Source of the DNA: Gemmatimonadales bacterium | Lineage (GTDB): Bacteria > Gemmatimonadota > Gemmatimonadetes > Gemmatimonadales > GWC2-71-9 | Direction: 5' to 3' | Assembly: GCA_965249575.1 (NCBI GenBank) | Contig: OZ252244.1 | Location: 1,600,001-1,664,000, forward strand | Length of the DNA stretch: 64,000 nucleotides | Shown: positions 31,104 through 41,184 of the stretch, piece by piece | Layout of the letters: each line of letters opens with the position of its first letter | Position numbering within the stretch: position 1 is the stretch's first letter | Translations under genes and position numbers: made by a program | Notes under the pieces: generated by a model | What the model was told of the DNA's origin: nothing | Database searches by the model: none | Seen by the model: only the letters and a program-made list of their open reading frames with translations

Positions 31104-31244
31104 TTACGCCACGTGCACTTCCCAGGTGACCGGAATGTCGGGGGCCAGCGAGTGAACGACCGAACAGTATTTCTCCAGCGAGAGCTTCACGGCCCGCTCC
31201 GCCTTGGCAACGGGTAGTCCTGCACCCTTCAGCTGATACCGGAA
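31104..31244 (-). pseudogene. C-terminal remnant of an OsmC/YhfA-family gene
   Basis: FRYQLKGAGLPVAKAERAVKLSLEKYCSVVHSLAPDIPVTWEVHVA; no N-terminal half is present. Confidence 0.8.
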
Positions 31245-31783
31245 ACTCTGCGCGTCGTCAGCCCGGCGAACAGACGATGCCTCCGCAGGGCGTCCTCCGC
31301 ATGATACTCGAGCATCCAGTTGATGTGGCGTCGTAGCCGAATCTCGAACCCCAAGGCAAACTGGGGCCAGACGCTCGGGCAGTCCGGCGAGAGATCGCAA
31401 CCCTGATGTCCCCATACGCCAAGACCGAATCCGATATAGGGTACGGCGATCTCTGTGTCGGGTGTGAACCGGTACATGAGTTCCGCGTTCATCACATACG
31501 TGTTGACGCCCCCTCCGATACCGACCTCCACTGACGGGCGGAGCCGAACGCGATCGGTGAAGAGGTGGCCGAAGTCCAGCGTCAGGCTCCCAACGACCTG
31601 GTTGTCTCCCTTGAAGTCTGGCCCCAGCCGCGCACCAAACCCGTAGAAGCCGAGGCGAACGCCCTGGCTCTGCGAACCGCCGGCTGCGTCGGGCGGCACG
31701 AACTCCTGAGCCGCCGCCGTCGGGGTCGTGAGCCAGAACAGTATGAGAATGACGAGGGCTCGGCACGTCTGGGTCCCCATCAT
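31229..31783 (-). CDS. Small outer-membrane beta-barrel protein
   Basis: Signal peptide ending AAA-Q; alternating beta-strands; PYIGFGLG motif. Confidence 0.7.
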   Translation of the reverse strand: MMGTQTCRALVILILFWLTTPTAAAQEFVPPDAAGGSQSQGVRLGFYGFGARLGPDFKGDNQVVGSLTLDFGHLFTDRVRLRPSVEVGIGGGVNTYVMNAELMYRFTPDTEIAVPYIGFGLGVWGHQGCDLSPDCPSVWPQFALGFEIRLRRHINWMLEYHAEDALRRHRLFAGLTTRRVSGIS

Positions 31784-32313
31784 GTGCGCCACGCCGCGCG
31801 ACTGTAATCGGCGATTGCGTACACGGAAATGGCTGCGGTGGACCACGCGAGTGGCCGTAACAGCTCCGACTGTGCAACGAACGCTACTAGCGTCAGCATC
31901 TGGCACAGCGTGACGGCCTTCCCTCCAGCTCGCGCCGGGAGAGTCGTGGGTCGGCCCCGCGCCGCAACGCCAGCGAAGGCGAGAATCGCCACAAGGTCCC
32001 GCAGGAGAACCCCAACGATCTCGAGCGGGGAGAGCAACCCGCTGCCTGCTACCGCGGCGAAGGCGGCAATTACAAACACCTTGTCGCACACCGGATCCAG
32101 CACCGCTCCGAGCCGCGAACCGCCGATCCGGCGCGCCCAGATCCCGTCCAGTACGTCGCTGGCTCCCGCGAGTGCCACGACACCCAATCGGGTAACCCAT
32201 TCGGTCGACGCGACAAAGATAACCGCGAGCGGAATCCGCAGGGCGGTTAGCACATCCGGCGGTCCCACGAGGCGCTTTGCTTGCCCGGTCTCCCCAACTC
32301 CTTTAGCTTCCAT
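31780..32313 (-). CDS. CDP-alcohol phosphatidyltransferase (PgsA-like)
   Basis: LTALRI, DVLDGIWAR....SRLGAVLDPVCDK, GK..T. Confidence 0.9.
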   Translation of the reverse strand: MEAKGVGETGQAKRLVGPPDVLTALRIPLAVIFVASTEWVTRLGVVALAGASDVLDGIWARRIGGSRLGAVLDPVCDKVFVIAAFAAVAGSGLLSPLEIVGVLLRDLVAILAFAGVAARGRPTTLPARAGGKAVTLCQMLTLVAFVAQSELLRPLAWSTAAISVYAIADYSRAAWRT

Positions 32314-32345
32314 ATCTTGCACAGCGCAGCACCCGTGAGGAGCCC

Positions 32346-32804
32346 ATGGATCTCGAGTTATTGAAGCAGGCCGCTATTTTCTCGAGCCTCGAAGACGACT
32401 AGTTGGCTCGAGTGGCCGAGATCTGCAAGGAGCAAACGTTCAAGTTCGGGCAATCTATCTTCAAGGAAGGTGAGCCCGGGAACCGGCTGTATATCGTTTC
32501 GAAGGGAGACGTCCGAATCTCCCGCCAAGTGCCGGGCTCCGGAGAGGAAGCGCTGACCGTCCTCAAGCCCGGGGCATGCTTCGGCGAGATGTCCGTGTTC
32601 GACCGCTCCGAGCGCTCCACCGACGCGATTGCCAACACCGATTGCACGCTCGTCACCATCACCCGGCCCGATTTCGAGATTCTGCTCGACTTCAACCGCG
32701 ACATAGCCTATAAGGTCCTGTGGTCTGTGGTCCGCCTGTTGAGTGAGCGTCTGCGCATCACGAATGACAACCTGCGTTCCTTCCTCGCCATGTCGATGTT
32801 CTAG
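32346..32804 (+). pseudogene. Stand-alone cyclic-nucleotide-binding protein with an in-frame TAG at codon 19 (32400-32402)
   Basis: GAGGAG RBS, MDLELLKQAAIFSSLEDD*LARVAE..., IFKEGEPG, FGEMS, RSTDA. Confidence 0.85.
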
Positions 32805-32845
32805 GAATCAGCCTCCGGTGCTCGTGACGCACCGGCGCCGCTATC

Positions 32846-35449
32846 TCAGCGGCTCACGCCTGACCCGCGCGCGACGAACTCAGCGCGGGCTTCCGGATGG
32901 AATACTTCGGCGGCTACCCGATTCAGATCCGCGGCAGTCACGGCGCGCAGGTCGTCCGCGAACCCATCCAGATCATCGAGTACGCCGTGGATCCACGCAT
33001 GTAGCGTGTCCGCTGCCACCGATCCAGTCGATTGTTGCCTGAGCTCGACTCCCCCAGCCGCGTAATTTCGAGACCGGGTCAGTTCAGCCATCCCTACCGG
33101 GTCCCGAGCGACGACCGCGAGCTCATGCAGCATCGCGTCCCGGGCTTCGCTCTCACGCGCCGGGGACGTTGCGATGTACGTAAGGAACGCCCCGGACCGA
33201 CGCTGCAGCCACGGTATCGCCGTCACCGTGTAGGCAAGCGACCGCTCGTCCCGCAGCGCGCGAAACAGCCTTCCCGCCAACCCACCCAGCAGCCCACCCA
33301 ACACCTCCAAGGCGAATCGATCTCGCGACCGGTAGGGAGGCGCAAGGAACGCCATGGCGAGCGCAGTTTGCGCCTTTTCCCGCCGCTCTGATATCCGACC
33401 CGCTGACCAGGTCGGCGCGTCATGTATTCCTGCAGCACCGGCCCTCACGGATGGCCAACGCTCGAACGGGGCGAGCGCCTCGAGGAGGCGCTCGGGGCTC
33501 GCATCCCCTACCGCGACGATTACCGCCCTGCTGCGCCCAATGTCCTCGGTGGCGGCGCGCACCGCATCGTCATCAATGGCCCGCACGGAGTCGGGATCGC
33601 CAAGGGGTGGCAGTCCCATCGGATCGTTGGGAAACGCCGCTCCCAGCACGGCACGTACGGGGTGCCGGAACATGTCGTCCCGCTCTCTTCGTGCGTCTTC
33701 AGCCTGCAGGGCGCGTTCGAGGGCCACCTCCCGCGCGGCGACGTCCGGCTCGAGCGCGACTCCGAGCAACAACTCGGCGGCGCCGACGAGTGAGTCGCTG
33801 GGAACGGTCATCTCCCACCCAACCGCATCGAGGCCCACCGAGGGTGTGATCGGTCCGCCGAGCCGTTCGGCGGCTGCGGCGAGACCATCGCCCGAGAACC
33901 CCGCGGCTCCGCGCAGGGCCGCTCGCGCCATGAGCGCTGCTAGGCCCGCTGTCTCGCTCGACTCGCGATCACGGAAGCTCGGAATGTACACGCCGACCGA
34001 CGCCAACCCGGACCCGCGCTTCTCGCGCACGATCAGGTCGGCGCCCGCGAGTGCCACGTGATAGGCCCGCCCATGCTGTGCGGTCGTGAGACCACTGATC
34101 ACAGAACGGGCCCGCTGATGCCCTCGACGGTCAGGGGAACTGCAAGCTGGGACAGTCCCACTCCTTACCGGGGGCCAGAGTGGCGTCGAGAAACGTGTCT
34201 CGGTCTCGGGAGGTAGGTAAAAGACTGCAGAAGACGCCTCTGGATCCAGATATCGTGATGCAGCGTTCCGTACATCATCGGCGCTGACCCCCATCGACCG
34301 GTCGTACAGCTCGTCCGCCAAACGAAAGTCTCCAAGCGCCTCGTACACACACAGGGAAGCGGCACGTCCTTCCATGGTTTCGAAGCGCCTCGCCCACCTC
34401 ACCGCCAGCAGGGAACGAACACGTTCGAGGTCCAGCGCGTCGGCGACATGCGTCTCCAAGCCGCGCGTCAGGGCGATGGCTTCCGTCACCGCCTCGTCGA
34501 GCCGGGACGCCTCGCCCTCTAGCAAGATCTCGAACACGCCGACCTCGGTCGGCGCATAGTGGAAGGCCCGGACCCCGCTGGCGAGTCCGGGACGCCTGAG
34601 CCCGCGATAGAGCCACGAGCCGCGCCCGGCTCCAAGCACCGCGGCCGCCGCGTCGAGAGCGGGGGCGTCCGGATGGAGCGGGCCATCGGTTCGCCACCCC
34701 AGGACGGCAAGGGGTGCCTGCACATCGCCGGACAGGACGCGAACGGCCGGCTTCGCACCTGCAGGCTCCGGGGGGCAACCCGGCACGGGGGCTCGGGGAC
34801 CCGTCCACTTTCCGTAGACCCGCTCGGCGAGGGCAATGGCCGACGAAACGCTTAGGTCCCCCACCAGTGCGAGAATGGTCCGCTCCGGAGAGTAGCGGGA
34901 TTCGTGGTAGCTCCTGACATCCGCGGCACACAGACGCCTCAACCCTTCCTCCGTACCGATCCGCCAGCGGCGCATTCGATGAACCTGGAACAGGAGCTCG
35001 TACAAGGTTTCCCCGGCGACGGCAGACGGATTGTCCAGCTTCCGTTTTGCCTCCTGCACGATGACCTCCAGCTCCCGCGTGAGCTCGTCGGCGCCGAGAG
35101 CCGGGTTGATCAGGCCATCCGCTTGAAGTCGGACCGCGTGGTCGAGCGCGCCGTCGGAGGCCGGCAGAACGGTGTAGTAGACCGTCTTGTCGTAAATGGT
35201 CGACGCATTCAGATAGCCGCCGAGCGATTGAATCTCCCGCGCGGCTTCACCGGGACCCCGCCCCCCAGCTCCCTTGAAAAACATGTGCTCCAGCACGTGC
35301 GAGATCCCCACCCATTCGTCCGGCTCGTCGAAGTATCCGGCTCGAACGTGCGCAACGACGGCAACCACTGGGGCCGAATCGTCGCGATGAGCTAGGACGG
35401 TGAGACCGTTTGGGAGAACATGCTTCGTGACGCCGCTGGTCCAGGACAT
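32846..35449 (-). CDS. M16 (pitrilysin-family) zinc peptidase
   Basis: HVLEH inverted zincin motif, GGYLNAST, RLFRALRDERSLAY. Confidence 0.92.
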   Translation of the reverse strand: MSWTSGVTKHVLPNGLTVLAHRDDSAPVVAVVAHVRAGYFDEPDEWVGISHVLEHMFFKGAGGRGPGEAAREIQSLGGYLNASTIYDKTVYYTVLPASDGALDHAVRLQADGLINPALGADELTRELEVIVQEAKRKLDNPSAVAGETLYELLFQVHRMRRWRIGTEEGLRRLCAADVRSYHESRYSPERTILALVGDLSVSSAIALAERVYGKWTGPRAPVPGCPPEPAGAKPAVRVLSGDVQAPLAVLGWRTDGPLHPDAPALDAAAAVLGAGRGSWLYRGLRRPGLASGVRAFHYAPTEVGVFEILLEGEASRLDEAVTEAIALTRGLETHVADALDLERVRSLLAVRWARRFETMEGRAASLCVYEALGDFRLADELYDRSMGVSADDVRNAASRYLDPEASSAVFYLPPETETRFSTPLWPPVRSGTVPACSSPDRRGHQRARSVISGLTTAQHGRAYHVALAGADLIVREKRGSGLASVGVYIPSFRDRESSETAGLAALMARAALRGAAGFSGDGLAAAAERLGGPITPSVGLDAVGWEMTVPSDSLVGAAELLLGVALEPDVAAREVALERALQAEDARRERDDMFRHPVRAVLGAAFPNDPMGLPPLGDPDSVRAIDDDAVRAATEDIGRSRAVIVAVGDASPERLLEALAPFERWPSVRAGAAGIHDAPTWSAGRISERREKAQTALAMAFLAPPYRSRDRFALEVLGGLLGGLAGRLFRALRDERSLAYTVTAIPWLQRRSGAFLTYIATSPARESEARDAMLHELAVVARDPVGMAELTRSRNYAAGGVELRQQSTGSVAADTLHAWIHGVLDDLDGFADDLRAVTAADLNRVAAEVFHPEARAEFVARGSGVSR

Positions 35450-35520
35450 GCGCAGTCACGCTGAGGGAGGGAGAACGAAACTTAAGACGTCGACCGCGAA
35501 TCGACGGGCGTGGGTCCCTT

Positions 35521-36636
35521 TCAGCCGGCGATCACGAGCCGGCCAGCCGCTGCTGCGCCACGGAGGAAGCTCTCCGCATCGGCAACGGGGATCACGATCC
35601 CGGTCTCCGCGCGGCTCCGCTGCGCCACCTGTTCCATGTATTGGACGAGGGACTCGCCCGTGCACTCGCGGTCGTCCCTCCGCATCTGAAACACGATCTG
35701 CTCCCACGTTCCTGTGTAGGTAACGCCATCCGCCATACGCACGCGGTGGAGGTCCGATTGGGCCGGCCGACGCATTCCGTGTAGCTCCGCCACCAGTGCT
35801 CCAAACAGCTCGAGCTGACGCGGGTCCCGTATCGTACCGTCGGGCTGCTTGGACTCAACCTCAGCCAGCAGACGCTCCACGGAGTCGGAAGCCTCCCCGA
35901 GTCGTCGCAGGCGCGTGGTCCAGGGTCGAAGCTCAGGATCGCCAGCGCTCAACCGGTAGACGGACTTCTTGAGCTCAATGAGCCGCCAGAGCGCAAGCTC
36001 CTCGAGGTGTTCCTGCGGTTCAGTCCGTTCGAGGTGATACAAGGCCGCGTCGTACTCGCCCCGGTCGTACAGCAGGTTGCCGAGGTAGACTCTCGCCTCT
36101 GAGTGACCACCGTCTAGCTCGAGCGCACGCCGTAGCCACAGCAGCGCCCCGGCCTCATCGCCGCCCCGGTGTGCGGCGTAGCCGAGGCACGCACACGCGT
36201 CGGTGGAGTTTGGATGACATTCGACGGCGATTTCGAAGAATCCGCGTGCCTGATCGACAACGCCTTCACGGAACAGCGCCCTCCCGACCTGGAGCATGAG
36301 GTCGTGATCCTCACGGAAGCCCAGTGCCAGCAATTGGTCGAAGTACTTTAACGCCCGGTCTCGCTCTCCGAACCTGAGTAGCGTCTCGCCGAGACCAGCC
36401 AGGGCATCCTCATTATTAGCGTCGAGCGCCACAGCGTACTCGAAGCTCGCGCGAGCCCACGCGAACTCGTCTCGCGCGAGCCGGGCGTATCCCATCCCTA
36501 TATGCAGTTCGAGAGCCTGCGGGTATGACTCCAGCCCATGCCGCAACACGTCGATGGCCTCTTCATATCGACCCTCATTGTAGAGTCCGTGAGCCCGCTC
36601 GCCGTAGTCGTCTGAACTGAGGAAGGGGTCCGACAT
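35521..36636 (-). CDS. TPR-repeat protein with an unknown C-terminal domain
   Basis: From MSDPFLSS; several TPR helix pairs. Confidence 0.85.
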   Translation of the reverse strand: MSDPFLSSDDYGERAHGLYNEGRYEEAIDVLRHGLESYPQALELHIGMGYARLARDEFAWARASFEYAVALDANNEDALAGLGETLLRFGERDRALKYFDQLLALGFREDHDLMLQVGRALFREGVVDQARGFFEIAVECHPNSTDACACLGYAAHRGGDEAGALLWLRRALELDGGHSEARVYLGNLLYDRGEYDAALYHLERTEPQEHLEELALWRLIELKKSVYRLSAGDPELRPWTTRLRRLGEASDSVERLLAEVESKQPDGTIRDPRQLELFGALVAELHGMRRPAQSDLHRVRMADGVTYTGTWEQIVFQMRRDDRECTGESLVQYMEQVAQRSRAETGIVIPVADAESFLRGAAAAGRLVIAG

Positions 36637-36808
36637 CTGCCGGGCCTCCGCTGGAAGGTTTCGGTACAATAAAATGACGTGGCGCCGCGCACAAGCGCCC
36701 TTCAAGCTCGACATGTGCTCTACTCGCCCGCCGGCCGCGGAGGTGGTCGGCCTTTTCGCGTCCGAAACGGCTGCCGTCTCGTTTACATCTTGTCGATGGA
36801 ATGGCTTC

Positions 36809-36830
36809 GGGTGGGGAGCAGCCCCACTCT
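36809..36830 (-). terminator. Possible hairpin downstream of the NTF2-like gene
   Basis: gggtgggg-agcag-ccccactc inverted repeat; no clear U-tract. Confidence 0.3.
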
Positions 36831-36847
36831 TCCCGCCGACCACCACC

Positions 36848-37330
36848 TCACTGGCGCGGGTAGTTTCGCGACGAGTGCGAAGCGTAGACTTTCCACTCCC
36901 CCGTCGACCTGTCTTTGCTCCACAAATGAGAGGTCTGCCCGGCATGAAGCGCCCGCCCGCCCGCTTCGGTCTGGTCGAGAGAGAATCGGAACGTCACCAG
37001 CGCCCATTCCGGGGTCAAGAGATCGACAATTGACTCCTGCACCACGAAGTTGAACTCCGAAATGTTGGTGAAGCGCTCGTTCCGTACGATGGATTCCTCC
37101 GCCCAGCCGCGGGTCCGGACTCCGTCCGACCAGGCGAACGTGACATCGGGAGTCTGATGGGAAAAGGCGTTCATCACTTCGAGGCTCTGAGAATTGACGG
37201 CCCGTTCCCAGCTCCGAAGCCGCTCACGTATCGCCTCCTCCTCGACGCGCCGCTGCTGGAGACCGAGGTCCTGGGTGCAAGCCGCCAGCGTCAGACCGGT
37301 GACTCCGGCTATGAGTATTGAGCGAATCAA
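36848..37330 (-). CDS. NTF2/SnoaL-like lipoprotein
   Basis: LAAC lipobox, RGW motif, GEWKVYASHSS C-terminus; GGAGG RBS before TTG. Confidence 0.8.
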   Translation of the reverse strand: MIRSILIAGVTGLTLAACTQDLGLQQRRVEEEAIRERLRSWERAVNSQSLEVMNAFSHQTPDVTFAWSDGVRTRGWAEESIVRNERFTNISEFNFVVQESIVDLLTPEWALVTFRFSLDQTEAGGRALHAGQTSHLWSKDRSTGEWKVYASHSSRNYPRQ

Positions 37331-37344
37331 CGCGACCTCCTAGC

Positions 37345-37848
37345 TCAGATGGGTTGGGTAGGAACCGTGCCTACGGTTGCTTCACGAAACGGGAACGTGT
37401 GCTCGGTGTAATCTCCCGGAGCCCGTCCCCGGTATCCCGCGTCCAAATCAGAGTCGCCTGACCTCCGCTGACTACTCGCGCCCGCTCCCAAGCCCATGCC
37501 CATTGATCTACGAAAGGTCGTGATCGCGATGTCGGGGCTCAAGACCGGGTTCATGGCGTTGTATCTGAACTTCTCGACGCTGCCAAATCACTTCCGATTG
37601 TATCGCCGCCTCTTGCACCCATCCACGCGTGCGTCTGCCGGGCGACCACACGACGGTAGGCTCCGGCACGTGGTGGTAGGGGGTCGCGAGGCCATGGTGT
37701 ACCGGGCGTTGAGAAAGCGAACGCGGCGTCCACATTGAGATATCACGCCGCCTTGACGGACGCTCGCTTAGTGGGCTCACCCCGGCGGGCCCGCATCGAA
37801 GGAGCGCTATGCCTGCCTGCGGCGGCGACGAGAACCTCGAGCGATCAT
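37345..37848 (-). pseudogene. Decayed tandem paralog of the NTF2-like lipoprotein
   Basis: Fragments YHHVPEPTVVWSPGRRTRGWVQEAA and VLSPDIAITTFRRS align by eye with SHQTPDVTFAWSDGVRTRGWAEES and LLTPEWALVTFRFS. Confidence 0.7.
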
Positions 37849-38120
37849 GGGCGCCTCCGATGGGTCAGTCACCCTACCTTAAAGAAGCTTAGGAACGGTC
37901 AACCGTGCGTCAATGGCGCCTATTCGGGAGTGCGTTGGGGAGAGGGTTGCGCGGCCCGGGTCGAAAACCCAGACTTCGCGAGTGCTTGGATTTCGCCACC
38001 ACATCGCCACGTCGCGTAGGCGCCCACGCTCCGATTTGCGTGTTTCCCGACCTATTCGAAGCCCCGAGGACCTTGCATTCGGTGCTCGGGCACGTCGTGT
38101 CGCCGCCTAAGAACAAACCA

Positions 38121-39533
38121 ATGAAGGCGCTCTTCAACGTGCTCCTCGTCCTGAGCCCGTTGGCGGGAGCGGTCACTCCAGCCGCCGGCATCCAAGGCGG
38201 CGGGCCGAACGGTAGCGATGGCGCGGTCGTATTCGAAGACGTCCACGTCCTCCCGATGGACGGAGAGCGGATCCTCGAGCACCATACGGTCGTGGTTCGC
38301 GGCGATCGCATCGATCAGCTCGGGCCCAACGGTCAGGTCGCAGTGCCCGATGAAGCCGTGCGTGTCGACGGTGCCGGGATGTACCTGCTGCCGGGGCTCG
38401 TCGACATGCACGTCCACCTCCGCGACACGACCGACGAGCGCGCCATCGCGAACTATCTGTCACTGTTTGTCGCTAACGGGGTGACCACTGTGCGGGTCAT
38501 GACGGGCCGCCCCGTCCACCTACGCATTCGCGAGCAGGTTGCGCGGAGCGAGCTCCTCGGGCCCACCATCTACGTCGCGGGGTCCACGGTGGGATCCTTG
38601 GACTCGACACTGGACATGCGACGAGTGCTGACCTCGAAGGAGGCCACACGCTTCGCGGAGCAGATGAAGGCGGCCGGCTACGACTTCATTCAAGTCGGTT
38701 CGCTCATGCGGGAGGAATACGAAGGACTCGTGCGGGGCGCGCGGCGTGGAGACATACGGCTCGCCGGCGGGGTGCCGAACGGCGTCGGCTTCGAGCGCGT
38801 CCTCAAGTCAAAGCAATCGTCCATCGAGGGATTGGGCGCCTTTCTCCCAGAGCTGGAAGCCGACGATTCCCCGCTGCGCCATGCCGACCCGGTCACCCGA
38901 TCCCGGCTGCTTCTCAAGTACTTGGACGAGGGCAAGATTCCCAAGATCGCCAAGCGGCTCCGCGACGCCCGGGTGGCCGTCGTCCCCAACTTGTACCTGA
39001 ACGAGGCCGCACTTTCGCGCGTGCCCCCTGAGGTCCAGGCGCAGTATCCCGAAATGCGGTACGTGGCTCCACGAATCATCGAGGCGTGGATCCTCAACAA
39101 GTGGAGAATGGTGCGCCGCGGCCTCGAAGTGGAGACGGTGACGACGGTCGTAGATCTGAGACGGAAACTGGCCAAGGGTCTGCATGAAGGCGGCGCCCGC
39201 CTGCTCGTCGGAAGTGACGCGCGGGCATCGTTCATCGTGCCGGGCTTTGGGACTCACCGCGAGATCGAGACACTCGTCACGGCAGGGCTCAGCCCGTTTT
39301 CAGTGCTCGAGGCGGCGACGCGGGCGGGTGCCGAGTACCTCGTCGAGTCGGCGGATTTCGGCACGATCGCGGTGGGGCAGCGTGCCGACTTGATCCTGGC
39401 CAAGGGCAATCCGCTCGACGACATCACGAACGTCGGTAAGCAGGCGGGGGTCATGCTCCGCGGTCGATGGATCCCAGAGGAAGAAATCGAGGCAACGCTC
39501 GACGCCATCGCTCGAGCCGCCGCCGAGAGCTGA
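38121..39533 (+). CDS. Secreted amidohydrolase-family protein
   Basis: Signal peptide, LPGLVDMHVH, NGVTTVR, GSDA, G.IAVG.RADL...NPL.DI. Confidence 0.9.
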   Translation: MKALFNVLLVLSPLAGAVTPAAGIQGGGPNGSDGAVVFEDVHVLPMDGERILEHHTVVVRGDRIDQLGPNGQVAVPDEAVRVDGAGMYLLPGLVDMHVHLRDTTDERAIANYLSLFVANGVTTVRVMTGRPVHLRIREQVARSELLGPTIYVAGSTVGSLDSTLDMRRVLTSKEATRFAEQMKAAGYDFIQVGSLMREEYEGLVRGARRGDIRLAGGVPNGVGFERVLKSKQSSIEGLGAFLPELEADDSPLRHADPVTRSRLLLKYLDEGKIPKIAKRLRDARVAVVPNLYLNEAALSRVPPEVQAQYPEMRYVAPRIIEAWILNKWRMVRRGLEVETVTTVVDLRRKLAKGLHEGGARLLVGSDARASFIVPGFGTHREIETLVTAGLSPFSVLEAATRAGAEYLVESADFGTIAVGQRADLILAKGNPLDDITNVGKQAGVMLRGRWIPEEEIEATLDAIARAAAES

Positions 39534-39684
39534 GCGCAGCCGCCCCGGGCACCCCGCAGCACCGTTTTGAATCCCCCATCCACAGTCGGAAAAAGCGTTC
39601 GCCCCGCCGAGGTTGCGGTACCGGTCCTCGCCGAGTGGCCTCGCCGGAGGCACGCTCAGCTTCTTGAGGAGCGGGAGGGAAAAC

Positions 39685-41184
39685 ATGTTTGAAACCGCGG
39701 AGCTCGGGCGGAAGGTCTCTAAGAAGAAGTTCGACGACCAGGTGCCTGAGCTGAGGACGGAGCTGTTGCGGGTGCAGGACGAGCTAAAAAGCGCGCCGTT
39801 TCCAGTCATCACGGTCGTGGCCGGCGTCGACGGGGCGGGAAAGGGAGAGACCGTCAACCTGCTGCATGAGTGGACGGACGCGCGGTATCTCGAGACTCAC
39901 GGGTTCGGACCAATGACCGACGAGGAGCGGGATCGACCGGATTTCTGGCGATTCTGGCGTGCGCTTCCACCCCGCGGCCGGATCGGCATCTTCTTCGGAT
40001 CCTGGTATACGGATCCAATAATCCGCCGCGTGTACAAGCAATCCAGGAATCCCGAGCTCGACGCCGCCCTCGTCCGGCTCACCGCCTTCGAGAAAGCCCT
40101 TTCGGACGACGGTGCGCTGATCGTGAAGCTGTGGCTCCATCTCAGTAAGGAAGCTCAGCACCGACGCCTCACCACCCTTGAAGCGAGCGCAAGCACACGT
40201 TGGCGCGTCACGAAGCTGGATTGGAAGCACTTCGAGCTGTACGACCGTTTCAGAAAGACCTCGGAACGAGCCCTGCGCGTTACTAGTACCGGGGAAGCCC
40301 CGTGGACCGTCATCGAGGGAACGGACGAGCGGTACAGGTCGCTCACTGTCGGGAAGCATCTGCTTCGCAAGATGCGCGAGCACATCGCGTCGATCGAGCG
40401 TGGCGCTTCGGCTCGGGCGCCGCGGCGGCGGCGTGCGGCCAAGCCGAAACCTGTTCTCACGATCCTCGACACCGTCGATCTGTCGCGCAAGCTCGAGTAC
40501 CGGGACTACGTCAAGGCCCGCGAGAAGTATCAGGGCCGTCTCAACCGGCACTATCGTCGAGCCAAGAAGCGCCAGATCTCTACGATTCTAGTTCTCGAGG
40601 GGTGGGACGCCGCGGGCAAAGGGGGCGCGATTCGGCGCGTCACTCCCGCACTCGACGCTCGCGACTACAAGGTGATCCCGATAGGCGCGCCCAGCGACGA
40701 AGAGAAAGCTCATCACTACCTGTGGCGCTTCTGGCGACATCTCCCGCAGAGTGGTCGGGTGACGATCTTCGATCGGAGCTGGTACGGCCGGGTGCTCGTG
40801 GAGCGGGTCGAGGGGTTCGCGACCCGCGAGGAATGGATGCGAGCCTATGCGGAAATCAACGAGTTTGAGGAACAGCTGTCAGAGCACGGAGTCGTGTTGC
40901 TGAAGTTTTGGATGCACATCGATCCCGACGAGCAGCTGCGCCGCTTCAAGGAGCGTGAGCGCAAGTCGTTCAAGCAGTACAAGATCACCGACGAAGATTT
41001 CCGGAATCGGGACCAGTGGCTCGAATACGAGCTCGCGGCGAACGAAATGGTCGAGCGTACTAGTACCGAATACGCGCCGTGGACGCTGATCGCCGGCAAC
41101 GACAAACGATATGCCCGGATCGAGGTCCTCAAGACGGTCTGCGACGCCTTACAGGAGAAGCTTCGATCGCTCAAGAGGGAGTGA
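39685..41184 (+). CDS. pap: Two-domain PPK2, polyphosphate:AMP phosphotransferase (class II)
   Basis: MFETAELG start, GVDGAGKG and EGWDAAGKGG Walker A motifs, FDRSWYGRVLVERVEG. Confidence 0.95.
   Translation: MFETAELGRKVSKKKFDDQVPELRTELLRVQDELKSAPFPVITVVAGVDGAGKGETVNLLHEWTDARYLETHGFGPMTDEERDRPDFWRFWRALPPRGRIGIFFGSWYTDPIIRRVYKQSRNPELDAALVRLTAFEKALSDDGALIVKLWLHLSKEAQHRRLTTLEASASTRWRVTKLDWKHFELYDRFRKTSERALRVTSTGEAPWTVIEGTDERYRSLTVGKHLLRKMREHIASIERGASARAPRRRRAAKPKPVLTILDTVDLSRKLEYRDYVKAREKYQGRLNRHYRRAKKRQISTILVLEGWDAAGKGGAIRRVTPALDARDYKVIPIGAPSDEEKAHHYLWRFWRHLPQSGRVTIFDRSWYGRVLVERVEGFATREEWMRAYAEINEFEEQLSEHGVVLLKFWMHIDPDEQLRRFKERERKSFKQYKITDEDFRNRDQWLEYELAANEMVERTSTEYAPWTLIAGNDKRYARIEVLKTVCDALQEKLRSLKRE

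Noticed and set aside
37850..38120. Possible ncRNA or riboswitch (ggcgccta/taggcgcc inverted repeat)
   Set aside because: An 8-bp GC-rich match can occur by chance; no family recognised.
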